In this document: in pieces, positions 8,422-19,675 of the stretch
Layout of the letters: the number at the start of each line of letters is the position of its first letter
How positions within the stretch are numbered: the first letter of the stretch is position 1
Origin: Thermoanaerobaculia bacterium
GTDB lineage: Bacteria; Acidobacteriota; Thermoanaerobaculia; UBA5066
Assembly: GCA_038245905.1 (NCBI GenBank)
Contig: JBBRRY010000004.1
Span: forward strand, 64,001 to 128,000
Length of the DNA stretch: 64,000 nucleotides
Direction: 5' to 3'
The notes under the pieces: model-generated
Database searches by the model: none
What the model saw: only the letters and a program-made list of their open reading frames with translations
Told to the model about the DNA's origin: nothing
Made by a program: the position numbers and the translations under genes

Positions 8422-9819
8422 ATGCCAACCGCTCTCAGGGAACGTCCCAAGCCCTTCCTTCTGCCCGAGTACTGCAAGGGCTGCGGACGCTGCATCGACT
8501 CGTGCGCGAAGCATTGCATCGAGCCCGGCTCCGAGATCGACCCCCTGACGGGCCTCGTGCCGGTGACCCTCAACCTCGACGCATGCAACGGGTGCGGGCT
8601 CTGCATGGAGGCGTGCCCAGAGCCGTACGGGCTCCGGCCGCAGGTGGAAGGCGCCGACTTCGAGCTTCAGGACCCGGAGAAGCTCTTTGGCGACAGGCCG
8701 GCGATACGTCCGCGGCCCGCGGCGATTCCCCCGGAAGCGATCTCGCTCCCGCCCGTCTCGCCGCTCGTCCTCAAGGGAAACTACGCCTCGGCGATCGGGG
8801 CGCTGCTCGCCGGGTGCCGGCACGTTTTCGGCTATCCGATCACGCCCTCCACCGAGGGCGCCGAGCTGATGGCGAGGCTCATGCCGAAGCTCGACGGTGT
8901 CTTCCTGCAGGCGGTGAGCGAAGTCGCGACCGTGAACATGATGTACGGCTGCGGGGGTGCGGGACTGCCCTGCATGACGTTCACGTCGTCGCCCGGCTTC
9001 AGCCTCATGCTCGAAGGGATCTCCTACATGATCGGCGCCGAGGTGCCTGGCGTCTTCGTGAACGTGATGCGCGGCGGCCCCGGCCTCGGCAACATCGCGC
9101 CCGAGCAGGCCGACGTGAAGCTCGTGTGCCGCGGCCTCGGCCACGGGAACACACACGCGATCGTGCTCGCCCCGTCGACTCCCCAGGAGATGCTCGACCT
9201 GACGCGCCTCGCCTTCGAGCTGACGTTTCGCTACCGGAATCCGGTCGTCGTCGTCGCGGACGGTTACCTCGGGCAGATGACCGGGAAGGTCGTGCTGCCG
9301 TCCACGATGGTCCGGCCCGGCCTCCCCGACTGGGCCGTCATCGGCGACGCCGCGCATCGCGGCAACCTCATTTCCTCGATTTATCTCGACGAAAAGGACC
9401 TCGAGGCGCACAACGAGCGCCTCAACGAGAAGTACCGGCTCATGGAATCCGAGCAGAGGGCGGATCTCTTCGCGTGCGGCGACGCGTCCACGCTCGTCAT
9501 CGCGTTCGGCACGCCCGCGCGGATGGCGAAGGGGGCGGTGGAGGCGCTGCGCCGCGAGGGCCTTCCCGTGGGGCTCTTCCGGCCGCTCACGCTCTGGCCC
9601 TTCCCGATCGCGTCACTCCGGGCGTTCCTGCCTAACGTGAAGAAGATCCTCGTCGTCGAGGCGAGCAACGGGCAGCTCGAGGACGAGCTTCGCCTCGCCC
9701 TCTCGAAGGGCGGGCTGGCGGCGCCCGAGATCCAATCCGTTCGCCATTTTGGCGGCGTCCTTCCCCAGTCGAGCGAAATCGCCGCGGCTGTCCGGAACCA
9801 TGCGGAGGTGGCGGCATGA
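8422..9819 (+). CDS. 2-oxoacid:ferredoxin oxidoreductase alpha subunit (VOR-like) with N-terminal 2x[4Fe-4S] ferredoxin domain
   Basis: CKGCGRCIDSC and CNGCGLCMEACP; GYPITPSTE, TSSPGFSLM, RGGPGLGNI; RBS GGAGG upstream of ATG 8422. Confidence 0.92.
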   Translation: MPTALRERPKPFLLPEYCKGCGRCIDSCAKHCIEPGSEIDPLTGLVPVTLNLDACNGCGLCMEACPEPYGLRPQVEGADFELQDPEKLFGDRPAIRPRPAAIPPEAISLPPVSPLVLKGNYASAIGALLAGCRHVFGYPITPSTEGAELMARLMPKLDGVFLQAVSEVATVNMMYGCGGAGLPCMTFTSSPGFSLMLEGISYMIGAEVPGVFVNVMRGGPGLGNIAPEQADVKLVCRGLGHGNTHAIVLAPSTPQEMLDLTRLAFELTFRYRNPVVVVADGYLGQMTGKVVLPSTMVRPGLPDWAVIGDAAHRGNLISSIYLDEKDLEAHNERLNEKYRLMESEQRADLFACGDASTLVIAFGTPARMAKGAVEALRREGLPVGLFRPLTLWPFPIASLRAFLPNVKKILVVEASNGQLEDELRLALSKGGLAAPEIQSVRHFGGVLPQSSEIAAAVRNHAEVAA

Positions 9820-11237
9820 GCGTCTTCTACGAGAAATTCGAACGCCACGCCGGCGGCGCCGGGTTGAAGGGCCATGCCACCCACTACTGCCCCGGCTGCG
9901 GCCACGGGCTCGTGCACAAATTCCTGGCCGAGGCCATCGAGGAGCTTGGGATCCAGGACCGGACCGTCGCGATTTCGCCGGTCGGCTGCTCGGTCTTCCT
10001 CTACTACTACTTCGACGTCGGCAATTCGCAGGCGGCGCACGGGCGCGCGCCCGCTGTCGCGCTCGGACACAAGTACGCGAACCCGAATGCCGTCGTCATC
10101 AGCTATCAGGGCGACGGCGACCTCGCCTCCATCGGGCTCGCGGAAATCGTCTCGGCCGCGCAGCTCGGAACGCCCTTGACCGTGATCTTCGTGAACAACG
10201 CGATCTACGGCATGACGGGCGGCCAGATGGCCCCGACGACGCTCATGGGCCAGAAGAGCGCCACGAGCCCGGAGGGCCGCACCGCGCTGATGGGCCAGCC
10301 GATGAAGATGGCGGAGCTCATCGCGGGTCTCGACGGCCCGGTGTACGTCGAAAGGGTCGCCCTCTTCGACGCGAAGCAGCGCATGAAGGCGAAGAAAGCC
10401 GTTCTCAAGGCCGTGAAGATCCAGGCCGAGAACCGCGGGCTCGCGTTCGTCGAGGTGCTCGCCGAGTGCCCGACGCACCTCGGGATGACGCCTGAGGCCA
10501 CGGAGACCTGGGTGAAGGAGAAGATGGTTCCGGTCTTCCCGCTCGGCGTGAAGAAGGACACGGTTCCGGAGCCCTGGTTTCACCTCGAGAAGCCCCGCTT
10601 CGACGCCGACAGCCTCCTCGCGGCCGTCGGGGCCTCGGCCGAGCGCCCGCCGCGGTTCGCGACGGGATTTCCGAAGCACCTCGGCGGCACCGACATCGCC
10701 CTGAAGCTCGCGGGCGCGGGGGGCGACGGCGCGCAGACGGCCGCGATGCTTCTCACCCGCGCGGCCATCCACGAGGGGTACGACGCGACGCACATTCCGA
10801 GCTACGGGCCCGAGTCGCGTGGCGGCACGTCCTACGCCGACGTTCACGTGAGCGCGGACGAGGTGCTCTCGCCGGCCTCGCCGCATCCCTGGATCCTGGT
10901 GGCGTTCAATGCCCCGAGTCTCGCGAAGTTCGCACCGGACGTGCCGCCCGGCGGCACGATTCTCTACGACAGCTCCGTGGTGAAGAACCCACCGGCGTTC
11001 CCGGACGGCGTCCGCGTGTTCGGCGTGCCGTTCACGGAGATCGCGGTCGACCTCGGCAAGGCGATGGTGAAGAACATCGTCGCCCTCGGCGCGCTCCAGG
11101 CCGCGACGAACCTCTTTCCGGAGGAGACGTTCCGCACCGCTTTCCGCCTCGCCTTGAAGGACAAATGCGCTCTGATTCCCTTGAACGAAGAGGCCTTCTC
11201 GTGGGGCATGCGCTCCGTCCAGCCGCCCGCGAACTGA
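9816..11237 (+). CDS. 2-oxoacid:ferredoxin oxidoreductase beta-gamma fusion
   Basis: YCPGCGH, TPP motif GDGD...NN, YGMTGGQ; gamma domain AGAGGDG, SYGPESRGG, KNIVALGA. Confidence 0.92.
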   Translation: MSVFYEKFERHAGGAGLKGHATHYCPGCGHGLVHKFLAEAIEELGIQDRTVAISPVGCSVFLYYYFDVGNSQAAHGRAPAVALGHKYANPNAVVISYQGDGDLASIGLAEIVSAAQLGTPLTVIFVNNAIYGMTGGQMAPTTLMGQKSATSPEGRTALMGQPMKMAELIAGLDGPVYVERVALFDAKQRMKAKKAVLKAVKIQAENRGLAFVEVLAECPTHLGMTPEATETWVKEKMVPVFPLGVKKDTVPEPWFHLEKPRFDADSLLAAVGASAERPPRFATGFPKHLGGTDIALKLAGAGGDGAQTAAMLLTRAAIHEGYDATHIPSYGPESRGGTSYADVHVSADEVLSPASPHPWILVAFNAPSLAKFAPDVPPGGTILYDSSVVKNPPAFPDGVRVFGVPFTEIAVDLGKAMVKNIVALGALQAATNLFPEETFRTAFRLALKDKCALIPLNEEAFSWGMRSVQPPAN

Positions 11238-11253
11238 GCCAAGGAGAGACGCC

Positions 11254-11529
11254 ATGAACCAGGATCTGATCCCGGTTTCGCTGACTCAAGCCGAGTACCG
11301 CATGCTCATGGGCCTACGGGACGTGCCCGAGTCGTCGCTGAAGACGCGGGTCAAGGCCCTCATCGAGGCTCTCCTGTCGATGGCGCGGGAGCCGCGCTGC
11401 CCCGAGCAGCAGTCCGACGGCGTGCCCTGCGTCAGCGTGCACGCGAACTGCGACCAGTGCGTCGAGGTCACGCGCATGCTCGACGGCCTCGAGGCGATGG
11501 AACTGCAGATCCGCGGCTTTCCGGGATGA
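11254..11529 (+). CDS. small Cys-containing hypothetical protein
   Basis: RBS AAGGAG; C-x9-C-x6-CxxC; stop overlaps the next ATG. Confidence 0.7.
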   Translation: MNQDLIPVSLTQAEYRMLMGLRDVPESSLKTRVKALIEALLSMAREPRCPEQQSDGVPCVSVHANCDQCVEVTRMLDGLEAMELQIRGFPG

Positions 11530-13754
11530 GCGGAAGCGGTCCGGATGGCCGGACGTCTCTTCTCGAGCACGAGGTGTACGCGCTCCTCGCGGGCGCGGGA
11601 TTCGACGTTCCGCGGCATGTCTTCTGGGAAGGAGCGCCGGAAGAGATTTCGGAGGAGATAAAAGATTTCTTAGAAGGGTTGGGAGCGGAGGAGGTCGTAC
11701 TCAAGATCGCCTCGCCCGATCTCGCCCACAAGTCGGACGTCGGAGGGCTTTCATTTTCTAAGAACATGCCCCTTTCCGTCGCCGTTGCTGCGAGGAGGAT
11801 GTGGGACGACGTCGGCCGCCGCGCGCCTGGCGCGCAGCGAACCGGGATCCTCGTCGTCGAGAAGCTCGTGCCGGCGACCGGCGCGCCGGCCGCCGAGGCG
11901 CTTCTCTCGTACCGGAACGACCCGGCATTCGGGCCGGTGCTCGTCTTCGGCCTCGGAGGACTTCTCACTGAGTGGTACGGCGAGATGGCGCCGGGCAATA
12001 CGACTGTGATTCTGAGACCCGGAGAGGTGAAGCGGGGCCTCCAGGCCGCCGCGCAGGAGCAGGCGGCGCTTAGGATTTTCTTTGAAGGTAGTAGAGCCCA
12101 CGCGCAGGCGCCCCTCGTGTTGGAGACGGTTGCCGGTCTGCTCGAAAACCTTTCTAAGAATCTTTCTCTTTCTTTCTCCCCCTCGAACTCTCTCGGCAAT
12201 CTGACTCTCGAAGAGCTGGAGGTGAATCCTCTGCTCCTCTGCGAAGGCGGCCGGTGGGTGGCCGCCGACGGCAAGGCGCGCTTCTCAACCCGTCGCTTCG
12301 TCGAGTCATCGCGGCCTCTCGAGAAGATCGAGAAGCTCCTCGCCCCGAAGAGCGCGGTCGTGTTCGGAGCCTCCGCGAACGACATGAACCCGGGGCGCAT
12401 CATTCTGCGAAACCTGAAGGCGTCCGAGACGATCGCTTACGGCGGCCTCCGCACCGTGCATCCGCGTGCCGAGACGATCGAGGGCGTGCCGTGCCTCCGG
12501 AAGGCCTCGGACCTCGAGGGCCCGGTCGACCTCGCGGTCGTCGCGATCCCGGCCGCCGGCGCACGCGACGCCGTCCGGGATCTCTGTGCGGGGGACCTCG
12601 CGCGCGCGATCATCCTGATCCCGGGCGGGTTCTCGGAAACAGGGGACCGCGTCCTCGAGGACGAGATGAAGCTGGCCCTCGCGGAATCGCGGAAACTGCC
12701 TTCCCGAGGCCCCGTTCTCGTGGGTGGAAACTGCCTCGGGGTCGTCTCGAAACACGCCTACAACACCTTCTTCCTCCCGCAGTACAAGCTCCCGTTCCAC
12801 GATGCGCCGGGGGACCGCCTTGTCGCCGTGAGCCAGAGCGGCGCGTACCTCGTGTCTCTCACGAGCAATCTCGACGGTATCGTGTTCCCGCGCGCGTCGA
12901 TTTCCTACGGCAACCAGATCGACCTAACGGCGGCCGACTTTCTCGAGTACTTCGAGATGGACCCATCCGTCCGGGTCTTCGCCTTCTACGTCGAGGGCTT
13001 CCTGCCGCTCGACGGCGCGCGCTTCGCGGCCATCGCGCGGCGGCTCACGGCCGCGGGCCGGCACGTGCTCGTCTACAAGGCGGGCCGCACGCCTCTCGGC
13101 GCGCGGGCGGCCGAGAGCCACACGGCGTCCCTCGCCGGCGACTGGGAGGTCGCCCGGGCGCTGCTCGAGGGCGCGGGTGCGGTCGTGGCGGTCACGCTCG
13201 ACATGTTCGAGGACAACACGAAGATCTTCACGATGCTCGCGGACCGGCTTCCGTCGGGGCGGCGGCTCGCGGTCCTCTCGAACGCCGGCTTCGAATGCGG
13301 GGCCGTGCTCGACCGCCTGTACGCGCTCACGCCCGCGGCGCTCTCCCCCGGGACGAAAGCGCGCCTCGAGGCCTGCCTCCCCGCGATCGCGCACGCGGAC
13401 AACCCCGTCGACGCGACGCCAATGGCCGACACGGCCGCGTTCGTCGCCGCGGCCGAGGCGCTGCTCGAGGACCCCGGAGTAGACGCGCTGATCGTCTCGC
13501 CGATTCCGGTTACTCCGGCGCTCGACGACCTCGCGCCCGATCTCTCGGGTTCGCACGGGGAGAACATCTACTCTCCGGGCTCGCTGGCGCAGGAGCTTCT
13601 GCGTCTCTTCCGCGCGACGGCCAAGCCGGTCGTCGTGAACGTGGATTCCGGCCGCCTCTACGATGACTTCGTCGGCGTGCTGCAACGCGGCGGGATCCCC
13701 GTCTACCGGAAGATCGACCGTGCTTCGCGCGCGCTCTCGGCGCTCTGCTCCTGA
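11526..13754 (+). CDS. ADP-forming acyl-CoA (acetate-CoA) ligase, single chain, ATP-grasp domain first
   Basis: VLKIASPDLAHKSDVGG, DPAFGPVLVFGLGG, EVNPL; then AVVFGAS, GGNCLG, SQSGA, SHTASLAG, NPVD. Confidence 0.9.
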   Translation: MSGSGPDGRTSLLEHEVYALLAGAGFDVPRHVFWEGAPEEISEEIKDFLEGLGAEEVVLKIASPDLAHKSDVGGLSFSKNMPLSVAVAARRMWDDVGRRAPGAQRTGILVVEKLVPATGAPAAEALLSYRNDPAFGPVLVFGLGGLLTEWYGEMAPGNTTVILRPGEVKRGLQAAAQEQAALRIFFEGSRAHAQAPLVLETVAGLLENLSKNLSLSFSPSNSLGNLTLEELEVNPLLLCEGGRWVAADGKARFSTRRFVESSRPLEKIEKLLAPKSAVVFGASANDMNPGRIILRNLKASETIAYGGLRTVHPRAETIEGVPCLRKASDLEGPVDLAVVAIPAAGARDAVRDLCAGDLARAIILIPGGFSETGDRVLEDEMKLALAESRKLPSRGPVLVGGNCLGVVSKHAYNTFFLPQYKLPFHDAPGDRLVAVSQSGAYLVSLTSNLDGIVFPRASISYGNQIDLTAADFLEYFEMDPSVRVFAFYVEGFLPLDGARFAAIARRLTAAGRHVLVYKAGRTPLGARAAESHTASLAGDWEVARALLEGAGAVVAVTLDMFEDNTKIFTMLADRLPSGRRLAVLSNAGFECGAVLDRLYALTPAALSPGTKARLEACLPAIAHADNPVDATPMADTAAFVAAAEALLEDPGVDALIVSPIPVTPALDDLAPDLSGSHGENIYSPGSLAQELLRLFRATAKPVVVNVDSGRLYDDFVGVLQRGGIPVYRKIDRASRALSALCS

Positions 13755-13763
13755 GCGCGCGCT

Positions 13764-13987
13764 TCAGGAGTTGTTCGGGTTGTCCGAGGTCCTGAGGTAG
13801 TAGTAGAGGCGCTTTCCGGGATCCTGGGGAAAGACGTTCACGCGCGACACGCGGTACGTGGTCTCCCCCTCGCCCTCGAAGTTGAAGCGCGTGTCGACTT
13901 CGGCGTTCCCCTCGGAGAGGAGAACGTTTCCCCAGCGTTCCGCGGTCTTCCCGTAGCGGCTCCTCGGATCGAAGGAGACGACGTCCG

Positions 13988-13991
<4 letters not shown>
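13764..13991 (-). CDS. small hypothetical protein (75 aa) coupled to pyrG
   Basis: GTG overlaps the pyrG stop (GTGA); codon usage typical of the genome; fills the intergenic gap. Confidence 0.6.
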
Positions 13992-15679
<1,688 letters not shown>

Positions 15680-15718
15680 GCTACACCTCCGTCGCGGCTG
15701 AAAGGGTTGTGGTTCGGC

Positions 15719-16525
15719 TCACGTAAGGTTGCTTTTCTTAGAAGGTGAAGAGAGCAGGGCGGCGGCGCTCTCTTCCTTTCTAAGCAAATTTTCAATTCTT
15801 TCGGCGTCCTCGATCGTATCCACGCCGATCGAATCCGACACCGCGTCCAGAACCGCCATCGCCATCCCGGCCGCGAGCGCGCGGAGCTGCTCGAGGCCCT
15901 CCGCCCGTTCGAGGGGATGCGGCGGGAGACTCGTCCACCTTCTCAAGGCTTCTTTCCGATAGCCGTAAAGCCCGAGGTGCTTGAGTGTCGCGAGGCCCGG
16001 CTCGGCCCGCCGGCGATAGGGGAGAGGCGACCTCGAGAAGTACAGGGCGCGCCCGTCGTCTCCGCGCACGACCTTGACGTTGTTGGGGTTCGCGATCTCG
16101 TTCGGGTCACGGATGGGCAGCGCGACAGTCGCGAGCGGAAAGTCGGGATGGTCGAGGAGGAATCCCGCCACCCGGTCGATGTTCTCGGGATCCATCATCG
16201 GCTCGTCGCCCTGCACGTTCAGGACGACGGTCACGTCGAGGTCCTTTACGGCGGCGAAGACCCGGTCGGTTCCCGAAGGCAGGGCGGGATCGGTCATCAC
16301 GGCCCTTCCGCCCGCGGACTCGACGACCCGGGCGATCCGCTCGTCGTCCGTCGCGACGAGAACGAGCGAGACGCGCTTCGCCTTAAGGGCCCTCTCGAGG
16401 ACTCTCACGACCATCGGAATCCCGGCGATCGGATGGAGAGGTTTTCCTGGAAAGCGCTCCGCCCCGTAGCGGGAGGGGATGACGGCGACCGAGGAGAGGG
16501 GAGTGTTGGTCGCCAGCCGGTGCAC
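15719..16525 (-). CDS. kdsB: 3-deoxy-manno-octulosonate cytidylyltransferase (CMP-KDO synthetase)
   Basis: IPSRYGAERFPGKPL, SGTDR, NVQGDEP, ALYFSRS, LEQLRAL. Start uncertain: GTG 16525 or ATG 16540. Confidence 0.95.
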   Translation of the reverse strand: MHRLATNTPLSSVAVIPSRYGAERFPGKPLHPIAGIPMVVRVLERALKAKRVSLVLVATDDERIARVVESAGGRAVMTDPALPSGTDRVFAAVKDLDVTVVLNVQGDEPMMDPENIDRVAGFLLDHPDFPLATVALPIRDPNEIANPNNVKVVRGDDGRALYFSRSPLPYRRRAEPGLATLKHLGLYGYRKEALRRWTSLPPHPLERAEGLEQLRALAAGMAMAVLDAVSDSIGVDTIEDAERIENLLRKEESAAALLSSPSKKSNLT

Positions 16526-16587
16526 GTTCGATAATAACATCGGCGCCCGTCGGCGAGTCAACGACCGCCGGTTCGCGCCCCGGTGTC

Positions 16588-16635
16588 CCCCAAAAGGTCG
16601 TCGTCACCGGCCCGGACCCGCGGGTCGATGACGAC
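16588..16635 (-). terminator. possible intrinsic terminator after the TPR gene
   Basis: Minus-strand stem GTCGTCATCG...CGGTGACGAC followed by GACCTTTT. Confidence 0.4.
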
Positions 16636-16673
16636 TTCAAGAGGATGGGGAGAGAGGGATTCGGGGGAGCCCG

Positions 16674-17108
16674 CTATCCGGCCACGGGTTGGGCGCGGCT
16701 TTGCGTGTCTTCGCTGGATTCGTCTTCGTCCACGAGGCCCGGGAGGGAAAGCGCGGTTGTTTCGAGCGCGCCCTCCAGCTCGCGGATGCCCTCGCGGGCC
16801 GCGACGCAGTAGGAGTTGGACTCGTCGTACCCGGAGGCGGCGACGACCTTCTCGTACGTGAGGAGGGCCTTCGTCGGTTCCACGAGCGCGAAGTGATACG
16901 TGTGCGCCACCGTCATGCGGGCCTGCAGGTCGTAGGGGTTGAGGCGCAGGATCTTCGCGAGAAACACGAGCGCGTCGTTGTAGCGCTCCTCTTCGAGCGC
17001 GACTTCGGCGCGGTGGCGGTAGAGCGCGACCTCTTCCTCGAGAGTGAAGTCCTCACGCGACGTGGCGCTGAAGGGCGACCGAAAGGACCGGAAAAGCTTT
17101 TCGATCAT
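16674..17108 (-). CDS. TPR-containing protein
   Basis: RBS AGGAG before ATG 17108; helical TPR pattern AEVALEEERYNDALVFLAKILRLNPYD. Confidence 0.75.
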   Translation of the reverse strand: MIEKLFRSFRSPFSATSREDFTLEEEVALYRHRAEVALEEERYNDALVFLAKILRLNPYDLQARMTVAHTYHFALVEPTKALLTYEKVVAASGYDESNSYCVAAREGIRELEGALETTALSLPGLVDEDESSEDTQSRAQPVAG

Positions 17109-17351
17109 TCGCTCTCCTGACCGTTCCCGAAAGTTGTGGGGGCCGATCCGTGACCCACGATATGTTGGGGAGAGCTTAAGACTGCGGAGCGCTAAAATCA
17201 AGAGAGATTCCAGAAAAAAGAAGGCTGAAAGGCGAATAACCCTTACTTCATTCGGTCATTGCTTCTACAACTTGACCAACAGCTGGTTTCGTTAGGCAGA
17301 ACCTTCCCGCAGCCTAATTACATTCAAAGTCACTAAATTATTTATTATTAA

Positions 17352-18425
17352 TTACTTACGACGATTTGCGGCGTACTCGGCGGCCAGTAGGAAGCCTTCT
17401 CGGGACGCTGTCTCGGGGAAGCGCGAGGCGATTTCGCGGGCTCGCTCGGCGTGCGTCTCGACCATTTCGCGGGCGCGCTCGAGGGCGGAGAGGCGGTGGA
17501 CGATCTCGAGGATCTGCTCTGGCCTCACGGAGTCGAATCCCTCCTCGGCAACGACCGCCTCCACGAGCTTGCGCTCGGCGCGCGTGGCGTGCGGCAGACA
17601 GAGGATGAGAGGCAGCGTGAGCTTTCCCTCCTTGAGATCCGAGAGGACCGGCTTGCCGAGGTCGACTTCCTTCGCCGTGTAGTCGAGGACGTCGTCCTGG
17701 AGCTGGAAGGCGATCCCGAGGGACATTCCGTACTCCCAGAGCCGGGCGCCCCAGGTCTCGGCCGTCTCGTCGTACGCTTCCGACACGAGGAACGACGGGA
17801 TCTTGCACGCGCCCGCGAACAGAAGGGCTGTCTTGCGGCGGACGATGTCGAGGTAGCCCTCGAGCGTGAGGTCGAGCAGTCCACGCCTCTCGGCACCGAT
17901 GATCTCGCCTTCGGTCATGCGGAGCGTCACATCCGAAAGGAGGCGTAGGACGCGCAGATCGCCCTCTTCGAGGGCGATCTCCATCGATTTCATGTAAAGA
18001 AAATCGCCGAAGAGAACGGTCAGCTCGTTGCCCCAGCGGCGATTCACGCTTGGCCGGCCACGGCGCAGCTCGGCGTCGTCGATGATGTCGTCGTGGACGA
18101 GCGTCGCCGTGTGGATGAACTCGATCATCGCGGCGTAGTTCACGTCGCGCTCGCCGTCGTAGCCGAGGAGATGCGACCCCAGGAGGAGGAGCGCGGGCCG
18201 GATTCTCTTGCCCCCGCCCTCGACGAGATAGTCGCCGATGAGCGAGATCGTCGGAATCCCGGAGCGCGTCCGCTCCTGGAGGCGCGTCTCGACGAGCCGC
18301 AGCTTGCCTTCGATCGGCGCGAGAGCCGAAAGCAGACGCCGCCCGTTCTCCCGCTCTTCGGCGGGAAGGGTGGCGACGAGCAGGCGGTCTTTCAGTGAGG
18401 TCTGGAACATTTCGACGGGCTGCAT
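17352..18425 (-). CDS. polyprenyl diphosphate synthase (IspB/HepT-like)
   Basis: GGKRIRP, LVHDDIID..LRRG, FQLQDD, GKLTLP. Confidence 0.95.
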   Translation of the reverse strand: MQPVEMFQTSLKDRLLVATLPAEERENGRRLLSALAPIEGKLRLVETRLQERTRSGIPTISLIGDYLVEGGGKRIRPALLLLGSHLLGYDGERDVNYAAMIEFIHTATLVHDDIIDDAELRRGRPSVNRRWGNELTVLFGDFLYMKSMEIALEEGDLRVLRLLSDVTLRMTEGEIIGAERRGLLDLTLEGYLDIVRRKTALLFAGACKIPSFLVSEAYDETAETWGARLWEYGMSLGIAFQLQDDVLDYTAKEVDLGKPVLSDLKEGKLTLPLILCLPHATRAERKLVEAVVAEEGFDSVRPEQILEIVHRLSALERAREMVETHAERAREIASRFPETASREGFLLAAEYAANRRK

Positions 18426-18476
18426 CTTACAGCCCCCTCCGACCCGGATTACGCCCGTATGGGTGGGCAGGATGCT

Positions 18477-18968
18477 CTAGCCCCGGAAGTTCGTGAACTG
18501 GAGGGGGATGCCGAAGTCGGCGCCCCGAAGAAGAGCGATGACGGCCTGTAGATCGTCCCTCTTCTTGCCCGAGACCCGCAGCTGCTCGCCCTGGATCGCG
18601 ACCTGCACCTTCAGCTTGCTGTCCTTGATCGCCTTGACGATCTCCCGGGCCTTCTCGGACTCGATGCCCTGGCGGATCGTGACCACCTGGCGCACGGTAC
18701 CTTTCGTCGCGGGCTCGATCGTGCCGTAGTCGAGGGACTTCAGGGAGACGCCGCGCTTCACGAGCTTGGTCTGGAGAATGTCCGTCACGGCCTTCAGGCC
18801 GAATTCGTCGTTTGCCGTGAGAGTGAGCTCCTTGTCCTTGTGCTCGATCCCGGCGGCGCTGCTCTTCAGGTCGTAGCGCTGCGCGGTTTCCTTCTGAGCC
18901 TGCGCGACCGCGTTCCCGACTTCGGGAAGGTTGACCTCGGAAACAACGTCGAATGTGGGGTCTGCCAT
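18477..18968 (-). CDS. yajQ: YajQ family nucleotide/c-di-GMP-binding protein
   Basis: PTFDVVSEV...RYDLK...IQGEQLRVSGKKRDDLQ...LQFTNFR. Confidence 0.95.
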   Translation of the reverse strand: MADPTFDVVSEVNLPEVGNAVAQAQKETAQRYDLKSSAAGIEHKDKELTLTANDEFGLKAVTDILQTKLVKRGVSLKSLDYGTIEPATKGTVRQVVTIRQGIESEKAREIVKAIKDSKLKVQVAIQGEQLRVSGKKRDDLQAVIALLRGADFGIPLQFTNFRG

Positions 18969-18972
18969 GGCT

Positions 18973-19650
18973 TCACTCCGAGAGGATCTTCGTGCCCGCG
19001 GGGGGCGCGAGGGCGAAGTCCGAGTCGGGGCGCTTCGGCCCGGACATCTTCTGCGTAAACGTGAACGCCGTGCGGTTGCCGGCGGCGTCCACGAGGATGA
19101 GCCTCTTCACGTCGCCGGTCGCGGCGACGAGGAGCATGAGCGACTTCGGGTCGCCGCCGGCGCGCGGGGTGAGCGTGAGCTCGACGAGGCCGGTGTCCGT
19201 CGGGGCGGCGCGTGCGGAATAGCGCGCGAGGAGCTCCTCGGTCGACTCGAGGAAAACGAGCGGCAGGCGCGCGCGCTCTTCAGGCCGGAGGGTCCTGAGG
19301 ACGAGCTGCCGGTCGGCCGCCACGTACTGGCGGGCAAACTTCCCGTCGAACGTGAAGACCTTTCCCTCAGGGCCGTCGTAGTCGAACCGCACGCGGTCGG
19401 GCGCCTGGAGGATGAGCCGGCCGGTCTCGGGCGCGGTTTCCGCGAAACCCGCGGGCGCGTACGTCTGGACGAACGTGCAGTTGACCGAGGGAGAGGATGA
19501 GTATGCTTTTCGGATGCTCGCGAGAACGGCGTGCGCGTCGAGGGAGGCGGTCCCAACCGTACCCGGTGTCGCGGCCGGCTTCGCCGGCCGTGCTTCGAGG
19601 GTGAGAAAAACGAGGAGAAGACAGACGAGGGATTTCGCGGGCATATTCAC
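18973..19650 (-). CDS. lolA: outer-membrane lipoprotein carrier LolA-like protein
   Basis: Signal peptide; FVQTY...GRLILQAPDRVRFDY...FTFDG...FALAPPAG. Confidence 0.75.
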   Translation of the reverse strand: MNMPAKSLVCLLLVFLTLEARPAKPAATPGTVGTASLDAHAVLASIRKAYSSSPSVNCTFVQTYAPAGFAETAPETGRLILQAPDRVRFDYDGPEGKVFTFDGKFARQYVAADRQLVLRTLRPEERARLPLVFLESTEELLARYSARAAPTDTGLVELTLTPRAGGDPKSLMLLVAATGDVKRLILVDAAGNRTAFTFTQKMSGPKRPDSDFALAPPAGTKILSE

Positions 19651-19675
19651 CTTCTAAGAAGCTCTTCTCTTTCTT

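Noticed and set aside
11667-11764. Inverted motif pairs as MITE or IS ends
   Set aside because: The enclosed DNA is unrelated between pairs and includes conserved catalytic coding sequence; I saw no target duplications or transposase.
17200-17355. oriC or dif site
   Set aside because: No DnaA boxes or XerC/D consensus were recognised, and the neighbouring genes are not origin-type.
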